Positions 60,950 through 64,000 of a DNA stretch of 64,000 bases are shown piece after piece. The DNA lies in NCBI GenBank assembly GCA_012026655.1, contig JAAILG010001363.1:1-64000 (forward strand), read 5' to 3'. Position 1 is the stretch's first letter, and each line of letters begins with the position of its first letter. Position numbers and translations under genes: made by a program. The notes beneath the pieces are model-generated. The model did no database searches and was not told the origin of the DNA. It saw only the letters and a list, made by a program, of their open reading frames with translations. This DNA is from Hydrolagus affinis. Taxonomy: Eukaryota.

Positions 60950-61890
60950 ATCCACCATTTGCCGGGGGTTGCAAGGATCTGTTCTGGTTCAGCGCCTGGT
61001 GGGGCGAGTGGGTGGGGGGACATGGAGCAGGCCTGAGTGGCGGGTGTGGGCAGGTTGGTAGGGGGTTAGGAGGTCGCAGAGATAGGGTGGGGCAAGGCCA
61101 TGGAAAGCTTTGAAAGAGAGGAATAGGATCTTGAATTGAATCCTCTGAGTGATGGGAAGCCAATGGAGTTGGGCGAAGTTGGGGGAGATGGGGTCACACA
61201 GCTTGGAGCGGAAGAGGACACAGGCCACAGAGGATTCTGGAGGGAGGAATTGGGAAGGACGACAAATAAGTTGTTGGCGTAGTCGAGCCTGGATGTGATG
61301 AAGGCATGAATGAAGGTTTCAGCAGTCTGGGGGTGAGGTGATGTAGGAGTAGGGCAATATTGCTGAGGTGAAGGAAGGCAGAGCAGGTCACGGCTCAGAT
61401 GTGGGGGAGGAAAGACACTTGAGGATCAAACATAACACCTAGGTTCCCGACTGGCTTGGTGAGGTTGAGTGTGCAACCATGGAAGTTGATGCTTCCAGTG
61501 CCTGATGTGTGAAGGTGCTGGCGCAAGCCAATCCAGAGGGCCTCGGTCTTGTTGACATTCAATTGTCGAAAGTTAGATCTCATCCAGGATTTGATGTCTG
61601 ACAGGCAGTCTGTCAGGACAGCAGTGGTCCTGGAGTTGAGGGTAGAGGCAGAAAGATAGAGTTGGATGTCAACCGCATACATGTGGAAGTTAACCCCATA
61701 TCTGCGGATGATGTCGCCAAGTGGGATCATGTAGATGTTAAAATGTAGGGAGCCAAGAACAGCACCTTGGGGGACACCACAGGTGATAGTGCAGAGGTTG
61801 GAAGAGAAGCCGTTGGTGGTGACAAAGTGAAGACGGTGAGAAATTCGAACCAGGTGAGGGCATGTCCATGGAGATTGAGCTGGGAGGAGA
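60950..61890 (-). mobile_element. L2-type LINE fragment with reverse transcriptase core, disrupted
   Basis: ORF 61395..61919 CGVPQGAVLGSLHFNIYM..FHMYAVDIQLY (YADD decayed)..WMRSNFRQLNVNKTE; 60989..61228 LHWLPITQRIQFKI. Confidence 0.9.
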
Positions 61891-63003
61891 GACCTTACAG
61901 GACAGGATAATACTGACATCCTTCACTTTAAAGACCACCAAAAAATCAATGAAATATAATAAAAACATTAAGACAACTGCACTTGATAAAGAATGTTGAC
62001 TTTCCTGTGTCCCTGCTGACTGTCAGTCCTTCACCAACTACCTGACAAATGTTTCACAGCCAAATCACATTCCGAACGAAAAGATAGCTCCTTCTCACCA
62101 AAGAAAGCAAAAGTACTAACTCTGGTGCAGTTAATATTGTTCGAATGCCATGAAGTCGTACAATACAGTTGAGGCTTTGTTAGCGGGTTGATGGACAGCC
62201 AGGATATTTTGTTTACTAAAATACATGAGTGAAAGACCACATGTGCTTAGAGTGCCGGGCGCCACTGAAGTTGAGTGGGCGAGAGGATGACATAAAACAA
62301 GAGAAGTGGTTAGTTTGCATGGGTTTTAAAATATTGTGGCTGATTAAATGAAAAGATGGAGGATTTATTTGCTAACGACATGATCCAGCTCCTTATCTTT
62401 GATTACACAAAATATAACATTATATTCCTCCATTCTCTCACTCATCTGCTTCAGCCTTTCGTGCATGGTGACTGGGCTGCCTATCTGTGCTGGGACCATT
62501 CCTGGCTAGCTGTTAGAAATTGGACAAAATGTTTTTTTCCCCTTACGTCCATAGTAAGGAGGTGCCTCCGCTCAACACGCATGCGGCTTCACCAGCAAGT
62601 CCCTGGACTGAATGAGGGAGGATTGCACCTGCATTCTTCTGCGCTGTGCTGCCACGTAGTCAATTCATGCTCCAACATGTGGTATCAACACACCACCTCA
62701 CCCTAATGACTTATTTTATTAAAAGGTTTACGTTCACACACCTGTGGTCTATGATACAATATAAACTTCACGGCACTGAGTGCAGACATAATTACACTCT
62801 TGAATCAAATTTCCCTGTTCCATATCGACAGCCCCATCTGTACTGTTTAATGGACTGTAGGTAATCCCTGCCCTTGAGAAATCACAGTTGAAATGAAAGC
62901 TATGTAATAAGTGATTTTTGGATTAAAATCTCCCCAGTGGTTGTGAGCGTTGTCTTGGCCTTTCGCTTTTGCTGTAAACAAAGTCTCACTTGATACCCGC
63001 CAG

Positions 63004-63271
63004 GTGCTTCACGAGGAGACAGAGATTCCTGGCACAGATCTGCAGCTCACCTACTTGAGTTCGCGTGCCGCTGGCTACAAACCGGTTCTGAAAGTCACCA
63101 TGTCTCAGAATGCAATCCCTTTCAACCTGATGAAGATTCACCTGATGGTGGCCGTGGTGGGCCGACTGTTCCAGAAGTGGTTCCCAGCATCTCCAAACCT
63201 ATCGTACATCTTCATATGGGATAAAACCGATGCCTACAACCAAAGAGTCTATGGCTTGTCTGAGGCTGTGG
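63004..63271 (+). CDS. TENM3: Teneurin-3 coding exon, FN-plug region ([10 protein letters not shown]...YGLSEAV), 268 nt, phase 0 to 1
   Basis: Acceptor cccgccag|GTGCTT; donor GTGG|gtaagt; ORF 62950..63300. Confidence 0.96.
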
Positions 63272-64000
63272 GTAAGTTCAATGGAGAACATCGCCTGTGA
63301 AAAGTCATAAAGTGGATTTTTTTTAAAAATCTGGCTCACCAGATCCCTGCAGCATTAGCTAAATCTGTGTAAAATAACTTTTTTTTCCCCTATTTATATT
63401 AATTAATGGCATGAACTTCTAGAAGCGAGCCTGCCGAATCTCTGTGGAGATCTTAATATTTTTAACTGAGTAGCCTTCTTTTCAAATCAGGCAATTTGAT
63501 TCCGTGGAACTTGCGAATAGAATATTGAGATTGCAGAACCAAAGAGACGTCACACACTTTCAGAGAAGACAAAACTCACTGTGATAAAGTCTATTCAAAA
63601 TATTTTTTTTTTGAATCTTTAATCGATTTACTGCTGTGATGCCCTACCTCTCTGTCAAGCTCCCACAGCTGCCTGGCTCATCATTTTTCTTGATGGTCTG
63701 TCACCTCCCATGAGAAATGGTTCATTTGGCTGAGGAGTTATACAGACAATTCTAGGTGAGGTTTGATGGATCCAGGGAATCATTTACCAAGGAACAATGA
63801 AAGGCAGAAATGAACTCAGATGGAAGTTGATCCATATTTCTGTATGATTAACAGTCTTTATACTGCATGACCGGTATCTTTCGCAGCCCATTCAATTTCT
63901 GATAAATCGACATTCTGACATGTTTGCGTGATAAATAAATAAAATTAAAACTTACTTTTACTGTCATGGATGGACAAGCACAATTGTTAGCTTTTTCTGT

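Larger units (their letters stand above)
1861..63271 (+). other. TENM3: Teneurin-3 gene, internal part (11 constitutive exons + 2 alternative microexons); gene continues beyond both window ends
   Basis: Spliced exons give one continuous ORF with paralogue-diagnostic TENM3 peptides as I recall them ([74 protein letters not shown]). All junctions are GT-AG with matching phases. Confidence 0.93.

Noticed and set aside
1-64000. CRISPR array, prokaryotic operon, viral insertion or nested protein-coding gene
   Set aside because: No regularly spaced repeats, no long ORFs; all RT-like peptides are decayed CR1/L2 fragments and remaining ORFs are short intronic noise.

Overview
Vertebrate genomic DNA, inferred to be from a cartilaginous fish (shark/chimaera-type SINE, L2 and CR1 repeats). 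The whole window lies inside a + strand teneurin gene whose peptide best matches teneurin-3 (TENM3). I place 11 constitutive GT-AG coding exons (2124 nt, all splice phases compatible, no stops) running from the juxtamembrane ectodomain through EGF1-8, the cysteine-rich region, the transthyretin-like region and into the FN-plug. I also find two frame-preserving microexons between EGF7 and EGF8 that the ORF track misses (35438-35464, AHFLDKIVK; 36254/36257-36274, (A)DKIGYK), matching the teneurin-3 'splice site A' inserts, with NOVA- and RBFOX-type motifs nearby. Introns hold many CR1 and L2 LINE fragments, two related SINE families, one TA-flanked Tc1/mariner-type element spanning the assembly gap, an unexplained perfect 37-bp inverted repeat, and several enhancer-like blocks. 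I see no convincing new biological system; the microexon cassette and the 37-bp inverted repeat most deserve follow-up. Repeat boundaries are approximate and family names come from recalled consensus features, not database searches.
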